Assembly (NCBI GenBank): GCA_027492205.1
Contig: JAOZFN010000006.1
Span: 113,409 to 177,408, forward strand
Direction of reading: 5' to 3'
DNA length: 64,000 bases
From: Thermoproteota archaeon
GTDB taxonomy: Archaea; Korarchaeota; Korarchaeia; Korarchaeales; Korarchaeaceae
Shown here: positions 30,259 to 39,994 of the stretch, one piece after another
Layout of the letters: each line of letters begins with the position of its first letter
How positions within the stretch are numbered: the stretch's first letter is position 1
Notes under the pieces: generated by a model
What the model saw: the letters and a program-made list of their open reading frames with translations, nothing else
Told to the model about the DNA's origin: nothing
The model's database searches: none
Translations under genes and position numbers: made by a program

Positions 30259-32478
30259 TCACAGGCGGTCGATGTAGTCCTCCGCTCTCGGGAGCTCCTC
30301 CTTCATGCCCTTCCTTCTCCTGATCTCTAGGATCACCTGCTCCATCAGGGACTTCGGCAGGGGTTCCCAGTGGGAGAACTTCGTCTGCCAGAAGGCCCTT
30401 CCGCCGGTGACGCTCCTCATCTCGTTGCTGAAGTCGCCGAGGGTCTCCCTGACGGGTATGTAGCCCTTGACCACGCTGATCCTTCCCCTCTCCTCTACCC
30501 CGGAGACCTTGCCCCTCTTCTGCGAGAGGAGGCCTATTACACTCCCTATCAGCTCTGGAGGGACGGTCACTTGGATCTCGTAGACCGGCTCCAGCAGGAC
30601 CGGGTCGTCGCTGAGCATGGCGCCGAATATCGCCCTCCTGATCGCCGGCACCAGCTGGGCCGGACCTCTGTGGGCCGGATCCTCGTGAATCATAGCGTTG
30701 ACCAGCCTTATGACGAGCCCCATAGACGGCTCCCCGGCGAGCGGGCCCTCCTTCATGGCCCACATGAAGCCCTGCTTCAGGATCTCCCTGACCTCGTCGA
30801 GCCTCTGGACTCCGACGGTCCTGTTGATGAACAGGTTGTAGTTCTCCTCGTCGATCTTCCAGACGTTCCTGGCGTCGTCGGTCTCCATGCCGCCCTCCTC
30901 CCTCAGGATCTTGGCGATGGACCTGCTGTCCATCCTCTCGTGGATCCTCTTCTCCCTGATGAGCTCGGTGACCTTCTCCGGCAGCCTCTCGGCGGTGACC
31001 CAGAGCCTGTTGAGCTTGTTGGGGGACTTGGCCAGCACGGGCTCCGGCGAGGACGACTTCATGCTCTCCCTGTAGACGACGGTTGGCTCGCTGACCTCGA
31101 ACTCGAGGCCGGACTTCTTGATGTCGTAGAGAGACACCTCCAGGTGGAGTGCGCCGGTACCCTTCAGGAGGATCTCGCCCGTCTCGGTGTTGTGGATCAG
31201 GATCAGGTTCGGGTCTTGGAGCGTGAGCTTCCTGAGGGCGTCCACCAGCTTGGGCAGGTCGGACGGCCTCTTGGCCTCTATGGCCACGGTGACGACCGGC
31301 TCAGTGACGTAGTGCATGGCCTCAAAGCCCTCTTGGACCCTCTCCCTGATCGATGGCACGACCAGGGTCTCGCCGGAGCTGGCGGCGTCCACGCCGAGCA
31401 GGGCGGCTATGTTCCCAGCCGGGATCCGCTCCATCCTGACCCTGTACGGGCCCATGTAGATGGCGGTCTGCTGTATCCTCTGGGTCTTCTTGGCGTTGAG
31501 CAGGTAGACCTCCTGGCCCTCTCCGACGGTCCCGCTGAACACCCTCCCGGTGACCACCACGCCGGCGTGCGGGTCGAGCTTGGCGGCGTTGACTCCTATG
31601 ATTAGCGGCCCGTTGGGGTCGCACTTCTTCAGGGCTTCGAGGATCTCCTCGTCGTGCTTATCCTTCCATATCCTGTCGATTCTGTACTGCTGGGCCTCTA
31701 TCGGGCTGGGGACGTGCTTCACGACCATCTCTAGGATGGCCTCGTGCACCGGGAGTTCGTGCTTGAGCCTGACGTGGTCGTCCTCTGCGTAGGCCTTCAG
31801 GATCTCGCCGAAGGTGACGCCCTTCCTCTTGGAGATGGACGCGTTGAGGCCCCAGCCGTGGAGCCCAGAGCCGAGGGCCACGGTGTCGTTCTCCCATCTG
31901 ACCTTCCACTTGTCCCTGAACTCCGGCTCCGCGTAGGCCTCGATGAGGTCGTTGAACTGGGTGATGATCCTGGCGATCTTCTTCTGGGTCTCCTGGGGGG
32001 TCAGCCTCAGCTCCTTGATGAGCCTGTCGACCTTGTTGATGAACAGCAGCGGCCGAACCCTCTCCTCCAGGGCCTGCCTGGTCACGGTCTCGGTCTGGAC
32101 CATGACCTCCTCAACCGCGTCGACCACGACTATGGCGCCGTCTATCACCCTCAGCGACCTAGTGACGTGCCCCGTGAAGTCTATGTGGCCAGGGGTGTCC
32201 ACCATGTTGATGGCAAACTCCCTCCCCTCGTACTTGTAGTACAGAGAGACGTTCGCGGCCTTTATCGTGATTCCCCTGGCCTGCTCTAGCTCGTGGTAGT
32301 CGAGCCACCTCATCTCGCCCGCCATCTTCGTGCTGATCATGCCGGCTGAGGAGAGGAGGTTGTCAGAGAGCGTCGTCTTGCCGTGGTCTATGTGGGCGAT
32401 GATCCCAATGTTCTTTATGTTCCGGGGGTCCATCATCAGGCCCTGGAGGTGCTCTACGATCTTCTTGTACTTCTGCAA
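30259..32478 (-). CDS. fusA: Translation elongation factor 2
   Basis: AHIDHGKTT, RGITI, DTPGH and NKVD motifs; diphthamide loop HEDPAHRG. Confidence 0.97.
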   Translation of the reverse strand: MQKYKKIVEHLQGLMMDPRNIKNIGIIAHIDHGKTTLSDNLLSSAGMISTKMAGEMRWLDYHELEQARGITIKAANVSLYYKYEGREFAINMVDTPGHIDFTGHVTRSLRVIDGAIVVVDAVEEVMVQTETVTRQALEERVRPLLFINKVDRLIKELRLTPQETQKKIARIITQFNDLIEAYAEPEFRDKWKVRWENDTVALGSGLHGWGLNASISKRKGVTFGEILKAYAEDDHVRLKHELPVHEAILEMVVKHVPSPIEAQQYRIDRIWKDKHDEEILEALKKCDPNGPLIIGVNAAKLDPHAGVVVTGRVFSGTVGEGQEVYLLNAKKTQRIQQTAIYMGPYRVRMERIPAGNIAALLGVDAASSGETLVVPSIRERVQEGFEAMHYVTEPVVTVAIEAKRPSDLPKLVDALRKLTLQDPNLILIHNTETGEILLKGTGALHLEVSLYDIKKSGLEFEVSEPTVVYRESMKSSSPEPVLAKSPNKLNRLWVTAERLPEKVTELIREKRIHERMDSRSIAKILREEGGMETDDARNVWKIDEENYNLFINRTVGVQRLDEVREILKQGFMWAMKEGPLAGEPSMGLVIRLVNAMIHEDPAHRGPAQLVPAIRRAIFGAMLSDDPVLLEPVYEIQVTVPPELIGSVIGLLSQKRGKVSGVEERGRISVVKGYIPVRETLGDFSNEMRSVTGGRAFWQTKFSHWEPLPKSLMEQVILEIRRRKGMKEELPRAEDYIDRL

Positions 32479-32594
32479 CGCCTTTTCACCCTTCCAAGGC
32501 CAGCCCGCGCGCCTGCGTTAAAAAAGAATGCCCCCGCCGCCGGGAGACGCGGGCCTATTATATAGGCCCGGGCGCCCCTTCCGCGGTGGATTGA

Positions 32595-33872
32595 TTGGCG
32601 GGCCTCGCTGGAAGGGAGAGGAGCCTCGAAGTAATCCTCGGCCTCTCCAGGAACCCGTTCACGCCCCTAGCCGACTTTGACCCCGAGCTGACGAGGCAGA
32701 TGTTCGTCCCCCTCGCTCAGGACTCGAGCCTCCACGCGATGGCGAGCGACACGCTGGCCAGCACCGGGTCGGCGTTCATAGCAGTGGTGGGGGGGCCCGG
32801 GATGGGCCGGACGACGCGGCTCAACGTCCTAGCCCACGACTTCTGGGAGTCCGAGGGGGAGTACATACTCTACGAGGTCAGCCCGCTGGAGGGGCCCGAC
32901 GCCATAGACGACCTCCTGAGCTTCACTTACGAGCGGAGCAGGGGCATGAGGAAGGCGCTGAAGAAGCTAGTCCTCGGGATATCCGAGCTGAGCGAGGAGG
33001 AGCTGGAGAGGCTGAGGAGATCCCCCGCCAGCGTCGGGGAGGCTCTGGTGGACTACCTCGACCCAATAAGGCCAGTCGCCCTCCTCCTTGACGACGCCCA
33101 CAACATGCTCCTGAGCGGGGACAGGTGGTCCTTCTTCTTCTTCGAGAGCATCAGGGAGCTCGTGTCCGTGATGCCAGAGGGGATGATGGTCGCCATGACG
33201 ATAAGCCCCGAAGCCTTCAACGCCCTGAGGAAGAGGCACTCCGCCCTTATATCGAGGATGCACGACAAGGTGGAGCTCCAGCCGCTGACCGACGACGAGG
33301 CCATCCAGATAGTGGAGAAGAGGTTGTCGGCCTTCAGGGTGAGGGAGCCGAGGTTCGACCTCGATCCGTTAACGCCCGAGGCGGTGGAGACCGCCAACAG
33401 GTACGCACGCGGGGTGCCAAAGAGGCTGATGGAGATACTCTCCCAGGCCCTGGAGGCCGCCGTGGCCTTGAGGAGGACTACCGTCACCGAGGTCATTGTG
33501 GACGACGTGATGGAGCCCGAGAAGCCCTTCTTGGACTTCCTAGACAGAGTGCCGGAGAGGTACAGGCGGGAGGTTGAAACTCTGATGAGGGACTTCGGCG
33601 GCGGTCCAACGACCCTCGAGAAGCTGGCGCTCGCGACGGAGGTTCCGGTGGACGAGGAGTACAGGAGGCTGGAGACTCTGGTTGCCGCCGGGTACCTCTC
33701 CAAGGACGCGGCGGGCATGTACTACATACCCAAGGAGGTGCTGGAGGCGGGAGGAGCGCGCGAGGAGCCCTCGAAGAGAAAACCCGGCAAGGCTCCTCCG
33801 AAGGGGGACAAAAGGACCAGGAGAGTCTCTAAGTCCATAGAGAAGATTCTCAGGAGGTCCAGGAGGCGCTGA
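32595..33872 (+). CDS. AAA+/P-loop NTPase with C-terminal winged helix
   Basis: NPF, GGPGMGRT (Walker A variant), LLLDDAH (Walker B), ALISR, GVPKR; wHTH-like C-terminus. Confidence 0.7.
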   Translation: MAGLAGRERSLEVILGLSRNPFTPLADFDPELTRQMFVPLAQDSSLHAMASDTLASTGSAFIAVVGGPGMGRTTRLNVLAHDFWESEGEYILYEVSPLEGPDAIDDLLSFTYERSRGMRKALKKLVLGISELSEEELERLRRSPASVGEALVDYLDPIRPVALLLDDAHNMLLSGDRWSFFFFESIRELVSVMPEGMMVAMTISPEAFNALRKRHSALISRMHDKVELQPLTDDEAIQIVEKRLSAFRVREPRFDLDPLTPEAVETANRYARGVPKRLMEILSQALEAAVALRRTTVTEVIVDDVMEPEKPFLDFLDRVPERYRREVETLMRDFGGGPTTLEKLALATEVPVDEEYRRLETLVAAGYLSKDAAGMYYIPKEVLEAGGAREEPSKRKPGKAPPKGDKRTRRVSKSIEKILRRSRRR

Positions 33873-33932
33873 GACTCCGTGGGATAATCTTTTAACGGAT
33901 TGGGCCAAAGCTTGTCGCGGTGACGTGCGTCC

Positions 33933-34628
33933 ATGCCTGAGGGGAGGGAGATAATCCAGGGAGCCATCTCTGAGGGCAGGAAGGTCCTACTCGAGCCAGA
34001 GGCCAAGGCCCTCATCGCTGACTACGGCATCCCCGTGACCAGGGTGAAGGTCGCCAAGACCGAGGAGGATGCCGTCCAGTTCGCCAGGGAGATCGGCCTC
34101 CCGGTCGTCCTCAAGATAGTCTCCCCAGACGTCCTCCACAAGAGCGACGTGGGCGGCGTGAAGGTGAACCTGAGGACGGAGGAGGAGGTCAGGAGGGCCT
34201 ACAGGGAGATAATAGAGTCCGTCAAGTCGAAGGTCCCGAATGCCAGGATCGTGGGAGTCCTCATCCAGGAGTTCGCCCCGGCGGGCGTCGAGGTGATAAT
34301 AGGCCTCATCAAGGACCCGCAGTTCGGCCCAACGGTCATGTTCGGTCTCGGAGGCGTGTTCGTGGAGGTCTTCAGGGACGTGTCCTTCAGGGTCGCGCCG
34401 CTGACCGAGAGGGACGCAGAGGAGATGATCAGCGAGATAAGGGGCAGAAAGCTCTTAGAGGGCTACAGGGGAATGGAGCCCGTCGACAAGAAGGCTCTCG
34501 TAGACGCGCTGGTGAAGGTGGGCCAGATAGGGGTCGAGAACCCCGAGATAAAGGAGATGGACCTCAACCCGGTTATGGCTTACCCGAGCGGCCTTAAAGT
34601 GGTGGACGCCAGGGTCATACTGGGGTGA
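33933..34628 (+). CDS. Acetate--CoA ligase (ADP-forming) beta subunit
   Basis: PVVLKIVSPDVLHKSDVGGV, DPQFGP, FGLGGVFVE and DLNP motifs. Confidence 0.93.
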   Translation: MPEGREIIQGAISEGRKVLLEPEAKALIADYGIPVTRVKVAKTEEDAVQFAREIGLPVVLKIVSPDVLHKSDVGGVKVNLRTEEEVRRAYREIIESVKSKVPNARIVGVLIQEFAPAGVEVIIGLIKDPQFGPTVMFGLGGVFVEVFRDVSFRVAPLTERDAEEMISEIRGRKLLEGYRGMEPVDKKALVDALVKVGQIGVENPEIKEMDLNPVMAYPSGLKVVDARVILG

Positions 34629-34632
34629 TGCC

Positions 34633-34842
34633 TTGGCGAGGAGGGTGTCGGAGCTATACGACTTGGAGGTCTACACCACCGACGGCAAGTTCATAGGCAC
34701 GGTGGACGACATAGTGTTCGACGACGCCGGGGGTCGCCTCGCCGCCATAATCGTGGCGCTGGACGAGAAGGGCAAGGAGAGGAGGACGATCCCCTACTCA
34801 GCCATAAGGGCCTGCGCCGACATAATCCTCGTGTCGGTGTGA
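34633..34842 (+). CDS. PRC-barrel domain protein
   Basis: EVYTTDGKFIGTVDDIVFD...IPYSAIRACADIILV. Confidence 0.85.
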   Translation: MARRVSELYDLEVYTTDGKFIGTVDDIVFDDAGGRLAAIIVALDEKGKERRTIPYSAIRACADIILVSV

Positions 34843-34954
34843 GTCGGCCCCCAGCGGCGAACCTTTTTAATCTCCTAACACCGGCCCGATCCGAGCACGC
34901 TTGGTGGCGAGCGATCTCTCAGGCAACGCAACAGCTGAGAGAGGAGGAGCCCCC

Positions 34955-35869
34955 ATGGGAGCAGCACAGGCGCAGGATCTTGACGATCTCCGGCGTAGGG
35001 TTGAAGACCTTAGAGCGAAACTTCTCTCCATCCGGGACGAGAGGAGGGCCATAATCGAGGACCTGAAGGGCCTCAGGGAGAAGAGGAGGGAGCTCATCGA
35101 GCAGGTGCGAAGCAAGAGAGCCAAGATAAGGAATCTAATCGAGGAGAGAAAGAAGATCAGGGAAGAGGTCGAGAAGCTCTTCGAGGAGAGGAGGAAGGTC
35201 ATCGAGGAGTACCGAAAGGCCAAGAAGGAGGCCACCGAGATAAAGAACAGGTACGAGAGCCTCATGGCGGAGGTCGGAGTCCCAGAGAGGGTACTGAGGA
35301 GGAGGATAGCGGCCCTGGAGAGGCGGATCGAGACCCAGCCCCTCTCGAGGGACGCGGAGAGGGACCTGGTGGTGAGGATAAGCCACTTGGAGGCCCAGCT
35401 CCAGACTCTCATGGAGGCCAAGAAGCTCAAGAGGAGATACATCGAGATCATGGCCGAGGCGGAGAGGTGGAGGTTCTTCATCAGGGACACTGGAGAGAAG
35501 ATCAAGGAGCTCAAGGCTAAGATCTCGGAGATCAACGGCGAGATCTCGGAGTTGATCAAGGAGCTCGACGAGATAAGGCCTCAGATAGACGAGCTCAGCA
35601 AGGAGATAGAGGAGAAGAGCGGCAAGGTTGACGAGATGAAGGCCCAGATGGACGAGCTGTTCCAGCAGATAACGCAGACTAGGGAGTTCCTCAAGAAGGC
35701 CTACGAGGACATGCAGGCCGCCGCCAGGCTGACGGAGGAGCAGATCAAGACCAGGCTCGCCCAGGAGGCCCTGGAGAAGTACAAGGCCGGCGAGAAGCTG
35801 ACACTGGAGGAGCTCAGGGCCCTCATGGAGGCGGGCCTCCTCGAGGGGAGCCCGGCGTCCTCCAGCTAG
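34955..35869 (+). CDS. Archaeal coiled-coil protein (COG1340-like)
   Basis: Long heptad repeats; LERRIETQPLS..ERDLV and KYKAGEKLTLEEL motifs. Confidence 0.85.
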   Translation: MGAAQAQDLDDLRRRVEDLRAKLLSIRDERRAIIEDLKGLREKRRELIEQVRSKRAKIRNLIEERKKIREEVEKLFEERRKVIEEYRKAKKEATEIKNRYESLMAEVGVPERVLRRRIAALERRIETQPLSRDAERDLVVRISHLEAQLQTLMEAKKLKRRYIEIMAEAERWRFFIRDTGEKIKELKAKISEINGEISELIKELDEIRPQIDELSKEIEEKSGKVDEMKAQMDELFQQITQTREFLKKAYEDMQAAARLTEEQIKTRLAQEALEKYKAGEKLTLEELRALMEAGLLEGSPASSS

Positions 35870-35923
35870 CCTCGCCTCAACCCACATTTTTAATTCCCGG
35901 GCGCCCGGGGACACGCGATAGGA

Positions 35924-37021
35924 TTGGTCACCAGGGGCCCCGAGGGAACTCCACGACGAGTGCTCATCTTGTGCGTCGACCGAGACGACGATCTCGGCCT
36001 GAAGACCGGCCTGAGGGGCCCCGTGGTCGGCGTTGAGGCCAACACGGAGGCTGCGACGAGGCTCGCGCTCGCCGACCCTCAGGAGGCCGACGCGAACGCC
36101 ATATTCGGGGCCGTCAAGGTGGCCGAAGAGGTAAAGCGGGAGCTGCCGGAGGCCGAGGTGCTGTTGGCCACCATAACCGGGCACCACACCAGCGAGCTGA
36201 TCGCGGACCAGGAGATCATCAGGCAGATGGCCGAGGTGACCTCCACGTTCCGGCCGGATCACGCCATCCTGGTCTCTGACGGCGTCGACGACGAGAGGGT
36301 CATCCCCCTCCTCCTCAAGTTCGTGCCGACGATAAGCGTCAGGCGCATCGTGGTTCAGCAGAGCCCGCAGCTGGAGGAGACGTACCTCCTCATAAGGAGG
36401 TACATAGAGAGGCTGCTCGAGAGCCCGGAGGCCAGGGCTTACGCCCTGGGCATACCCGGCGCGCTCCTGGCGCTGGCCGGGATTCTGTCGCTGCTGAACC
36501 TCCAGAGGTACCTCACAACTGGATTCATACTCTTCCTGGGAGTACTCTTGATGGAGAAGGGATTTTCGATCACTGGCAGGATCGTGAAGGCCATTAAGTA
36601 CTTTGGCGGGGCTACCGGTATCTTCTCGCTGTTCTTCGGGCTTACTGGTATAGCCGTCAGCGCGTTCCAGGCCTACAGGACGGCTTCAAGCATGATTGAA
36701 AGCAACCCTGCGAGCGTGGTCATCGGGACCGTGCTGAGGGACACGTCCCACCTGTTCTTCCTCTTCACCTCCGCAGCCTTCCTGGGGAGCGCAATAGAAT
36801 CGTATGCGATGAAGCGCGGAGACTACGTGGAGAAGCTACTGGCCGTGCCAGTATCCTTCTCCGCGTGGCTAGTGGCCTACTACGCGGGCGAGTACCTGCT
36901 CGGAAGGATAGGCGCGGTCGTGCTCGCCCTGGGGCTAACAGCATCCCTTCTATTCTCAATAGCCTCACTCTTCTTCCTCAGGGCCCTCGTAGGAAGAGGA
37001 AGGAGATCCCACGGTGAATGA
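35924..37021 (+). CDS. DUF373 family membrane protein
   Basis: LCVDRDDDLG, DPQEADANA, VSDGVDDE and VVQQS motifs. Confidence 0.9.
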   Translation: MVTRGPEGTPRRVLILCVDRDDDLGLKTGLRGPVVGVEANTEAATRLALADPQEADANAIFGAVKVAEEVKRELPEAEVLLATITGHHTSELIADQEIIRQMAEVTSTFRPDHAILVSDGVDDERVIPLLLKFVPTISVRRIVVQQSPQLEETYLLIRRYIERLLESPEARAYALGIPGALLALAGILSLLNLQRYLTTGFILFLGVLLMEKGFSITGRIVKAIKYFGGATGIFSLFFGLTGIAVSAFQAYRTASSMIESNPASVVIGTVLRDTSHLFFLFTSAAFLGSAIESYAMKRGDYVEKLLAVPVSFSAWLVAYYAGEYLLGRIGAVVLALGLTASLLFSIASLFFLRALVGRGRRSHGE

Positions 37022-37471
37022 GGCGTCGGCCGCCTTCCTGAGCGCCACGCTGAAGCCCGGCTCGGCCCCGATCACCGCAACCTCCTTTCCAGCCTCCTTC
37101 GCCCGGTAAACCAGCGGGAGGTAGGCCGCCGACCTCGTTGCGAGGGCCAGGGCGTCTATCTTGTCGTCGTGTATCGTGTCCATGGCGGCGATCGTGAAGT
37201 CGACCTCCGGCTTGCCCGGGGAGATCAGCGCCTTGTAGCCCGCATTCATAACAGCCTCCACAAGCTTCTCCGGAGCCTTCCTGTCCAGCACGACCACCTT
37301 AACCCTGACGTTCCCCAGATCAGAGGCCACCTTCGAGATTTCCTCGAGGTCAACGCCCAGCTCCTTCCTAAGCATGTTAGGGCCGTCCACAATTACGGCG
37401 ACGCGCCTCCTCCTGTGCCTCGACGGAAGTCTGAGCGGAACCCTGGGGACGGAGACGCGGCGGTGGCTCAT
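36965..37471 (-). CDS. NYN-domain protein (TIGR00288 family)
   Basis: VDGPNMLRKE, KLVEAV and EPGFSVAL..AAD motifs. Confidence 0.88.
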   Translation of the reverse strand: MSHRRVSVPRVPLRLPSRHRRRRVAVIVDGPNMLRKELGVDLEEISKVASDLGNVRVKVVVLDRKAPEKLVEAVMNAGYKALISPGKPEVDFTIAAMDTIHDDKIDALALATRSAAYLPLVYRAKEAGKEVAVIGAEPGFSVALRKAADASFTVGSPSSSYEGPEEEE

Positions 37472-37544
37472 CGGACCTCCCCTCTTCTGGACCTAATTAA
37501 CGGTTGGCCCGTCGCCCGCGCAAACTAGATTAATCGCCACGCCC

Positions 37545-37895
37545 GTGAGACGCACCCGAGGGATAGAGTTGATCTGCCCGAAATGCGGGGCCCTGATGTC
37601 GCCGAGGGTCGAGGACGGCAAGGTCGTGTTCAAGTGCCCCAGGTGCGGGTACGAGGGGACTGAGGGTAGAGCTCTCAACATCACCAGGAGGGTGTCCGCG
37701 GGCCCAGAGAACAAGGTGGTCGTGATAGAGCACCCAGAGGAACTCATCTCCCTCCCCAAGGTCAAGGCCGTGTGCCCGAAGTGCGGGCACACCGAGGCCT
37801 ACCTGAGGATAGAGCAGACCAGGTCGGCGGACGAGCCCCCCACCAGGATCTACACCTGCGTCAAGTGCAAGTACACCTGGCGGGAATACTCCTAA
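37545..37895 (+). CDS. tfs: Transcription factor S (TFS)
   Basis: Two Zn ribbons and QTRSADEPPT...C..C. Confidence 0.93.
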   Translation: MRRTRGIELICPKCGALMSPRVEDGKVVFKCPRCGYEGTEGRALNITRRVSAGPENKVVVIEHPEELISLPKVKAVCPKCGHTEAYLRIEQTRSADEPPTRIYTCVKCKYTWREYS

Positions 37896-38564
37896 TTGTT
37901 AGTATTATCTCCTCCCAGTGACCGCCCGGAAGGCCTGAGTTGGCCTCCATCCACGTAAACGTAGTCGTCCGCCACCTTAACCCCCTGCCATCCCGCGAGC
38001 TCAGAGCTGGTCGCCGTGACCCTAGTGTAGCCGTGGTAGGTTCCGCTCTGGGAGACGCTCCATGTAAGCGCCCTCCGCCTCAAGGTTCTGGAGGTAGGCT
38101 TCCGCTTTAGACCGACAGAGAGAGGGGAGATCCCGGTAGCAGTAGGTGCAGCTCCACCTATTCTTGGACTTCACGGTCCCCAGGTTCGCGCTCTTGTCCT
38201 CCCAGGCGAAGTAGCCTCCGGGTGGCATGACCTCAGCCACGGAGTCCCTCCAGCTCCCCGTCTTGTTCAGGGTGACTCCATATTGCTTCCAGACGTTCCC
38301 GCTGGGGTCGTAGATCGTGATGGTGACGTTCCTCTCGCTGCTGTGGACGTCTATGGTCACGGAGTCGAGTCTGCCCACCAGGTCTGGGTAGACCTCGACG
38401 TCGATGAACGCGCTCTCCCCCTGGGCGGTTATGTTGGACGTGTCAGCTCCTCCATCAGCCTGCGCGGTGACGTTGGCCTGTCCCCCTGGGGGGAGATCGA
38501 CGTCCACGGTTATCGTGGCCTGCCCACCGGCAGGGAGGAAGACCTGGGTTGGCGTGACGCTCAC
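37892..38564 (-). pseudogene. Frameshifted, 5'-truncated beta-rich (Ig-like/surface) protein remnant
   Basis: ORF 38022-38564 continues plausibly in the frame of ORF 37892-38083 (ALTWSVSQSGTYHGYTRV) after a shift near 38085; no signal peptide. Confidence 0.5.
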
Positions 38565-38611
38565 GACGTTTATCCGTCGTCATTTCGCTGAGAGGGAAGA
38601 GGAGAAGCCTA

Positions 38612-38738
38612 TTATAACGGCCGTTCTAAAAGCTCGGAGATCGCGCAATTCGCGCGATGTATGTAGATCTACGATTAGACTAGCTATCTCTGCGAAAGGG
38701 GCTACTTCCTGGCCTACTTGGATCATGTGTAGGTGAGT
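38612..38738 (+). repeat. Left copy of 127-bp imperfect inverted repeat (partner 40195-40321)
   Basis: Ungapped manual alignment with the reverse complement of the partner: 88/127 identical, 63/81 in the outer part. Confidence 0.9.
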
Positions 38739-38822
38739 CCCAATATTTTCTGAGGGCAGGTTCCACTCAGTACTGGAAGTCCAACCAGAGATCTCACCTC
38801 GCTTTCCGGGGGAAGGAGCATC

Positions 38823-39128
38823 TTGGACGACGAGAGTGAGAAGATTAGAGAGGTTCTAACGGGGGAGATACTGGAGATTCTACTTGAAATCGATGAGATG
38901 AGCGAGGAGGAGCTTGCGGCTGTGGTCGTGAGGACTGTCGCCCGTGCCGCGGTCTACGTAAAGCTCGTTGAGCTGAAGGCGCGAGAGCAGGGTCTTTTCC
39001 CTCTCCCAGAGGAGGCGGAGCGAGCGGTGGAGGTGCTCGCCGGATTCCTTCTCCCCGCCGCGCTCGGGCGGATCGAGAATTCTAAGGCTCCAAGCAGACG
39101 GCCTACGCGTGACCCCCAGCCGAACTAA
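38823..39128 (+). CDS. Small helical hypothetical protein
   Basis: TTG start with AAGGAG upstream; protein-like composition. Confidence 0.55.
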   Translation: MDDESEKIREVLTGEILEILLEIDEMSEEELAAVVVRTVARAAVYVKLVELKAREQGLFPLPEEAERAVEVLAGFLLPAALGRIENSKAPSRRPTRDPQPN

Positions 39129-39177
39129 CCCACGTGGGGGGCATTCATAAATTGGATCTGCCCAGGGGGTTCTGTCG

Positions 39178-39891
39178 TTGGACTACGTGTTTGTGGACGA
39201 GTCGGGGGACCCGATGCTGACGAGCAAGGCCACTAGGCACTTCGTCTTAGCTTTCGTCCACGTCAGGGGAAGGGACAAGCCGTCGGTGGATAAAGTTCTC
39301 TCTAGGATCCTCAAGAGGCTCAAGAGGAGGAATCTGTATCCTCCACAAATGGATGAGCTGAAGTTCAACCTCCCCAGCAGATCGACCAAGCGGGTTCTCA
39401 GCGCCGAGGAGCACAGGCTGTACCTGTCGAAGATGCCCGAGGTTCGGAGGAGAGTTCTGAGCGTTATCACTACACTCGACGTCAGAATCGGCGTGGTTAT
39501 AGTGGACAAGTCGAAGGCGTATCCGAGCTGGACGAGCGACAGGCTCTACAACTACATGATCGTTCACAACCTGTTTTTCGGCTTCCTTGAACTTGTTCAG
39601 CCTGACCCCGAGCTTACCGTGATGGTGGACAAGAGGCTGAGGGGACAGGCCAAGAGGGCCTTCGACGACTACTCCAGGAGGAAGTACGAGTTCCTCAGGG
39701 ACTGGGGCTACATCCACTACGAGCTGAACTCCCTGAACATAGAGCACGTTGCGTCGAGCGAAGAGCCTGGGATCTGGATGGCTGACTTCGTGGCTGGCTC
39801 TTACTTCCAGAAGTACGAGAGGGGGAACTCGGAGTACGCGGACATCATAGATCGATCCGGGAAGAGGATCTACATTGAGGTGAAGTGGTAG
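39178..39891 (+). CDS. DUF3800 family protein (RNase H-like fold)
   Basis: N-terminal VFVDESGD, ELKF, central VMVD and C-terminal S..EPGIWMADFVAG (QxAD-type motif, W in place of Q). Confidence 0.85.
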   Translation: MDYVFVDESGDPMLTSKATRHFVLAFVHVRGRDKPSVDKVLSRILKRLKRRNLYPPQMDELKFNLPSRSTKRVLSAEEHRLYLSKMPEVRRRVLSVITTLDVRIGVVIVDKSKAYPSWTSDRLYNYMIVHNLFFGFLELVQPDPELTVMVDKRLRGQAKRAFDDYSRRKYEFLRDWGYIHYELNSLNIEHVASSEEPGIWMADFVAGSYFQKYERGNSEYADIIDRSGKRIYIEVKW

Positions 39892-39994
39892 CCAGCACAG
39901 GGAGGAGGTCATCGCGCCCCGCGGTACTCGTTGGGCTGCGCCTCTCATCCTTTCCCGCGGAGCCACCCCGTATGGGGTGGGCTTACCGCTCCCC
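39884..39994. ncRNA. Putative DUF3800-associated structured RNA
   Basis: P1 39884-93/39980-90, P2 39916-24/39955-63, P3 39964-69/39974-79; minus-strand TATA (TTATTTA, 40024-40018) about 24 nt upstream. Strand not certain. Confidence 0.6.

Noticed and set aside
30259-32478. Non-canonical EF-2 paralog
   Set aside because: The diphthamide loop HEDPAHRG and all G motifs are canonical.
38755-38815. ORB-like GTTCCA...TGGAA suggesting a replication origin
   Set aside because: Single imperfect copy with wrong spacing, no adjacent G-string and no neighbouring canonical orc1/cdc6.
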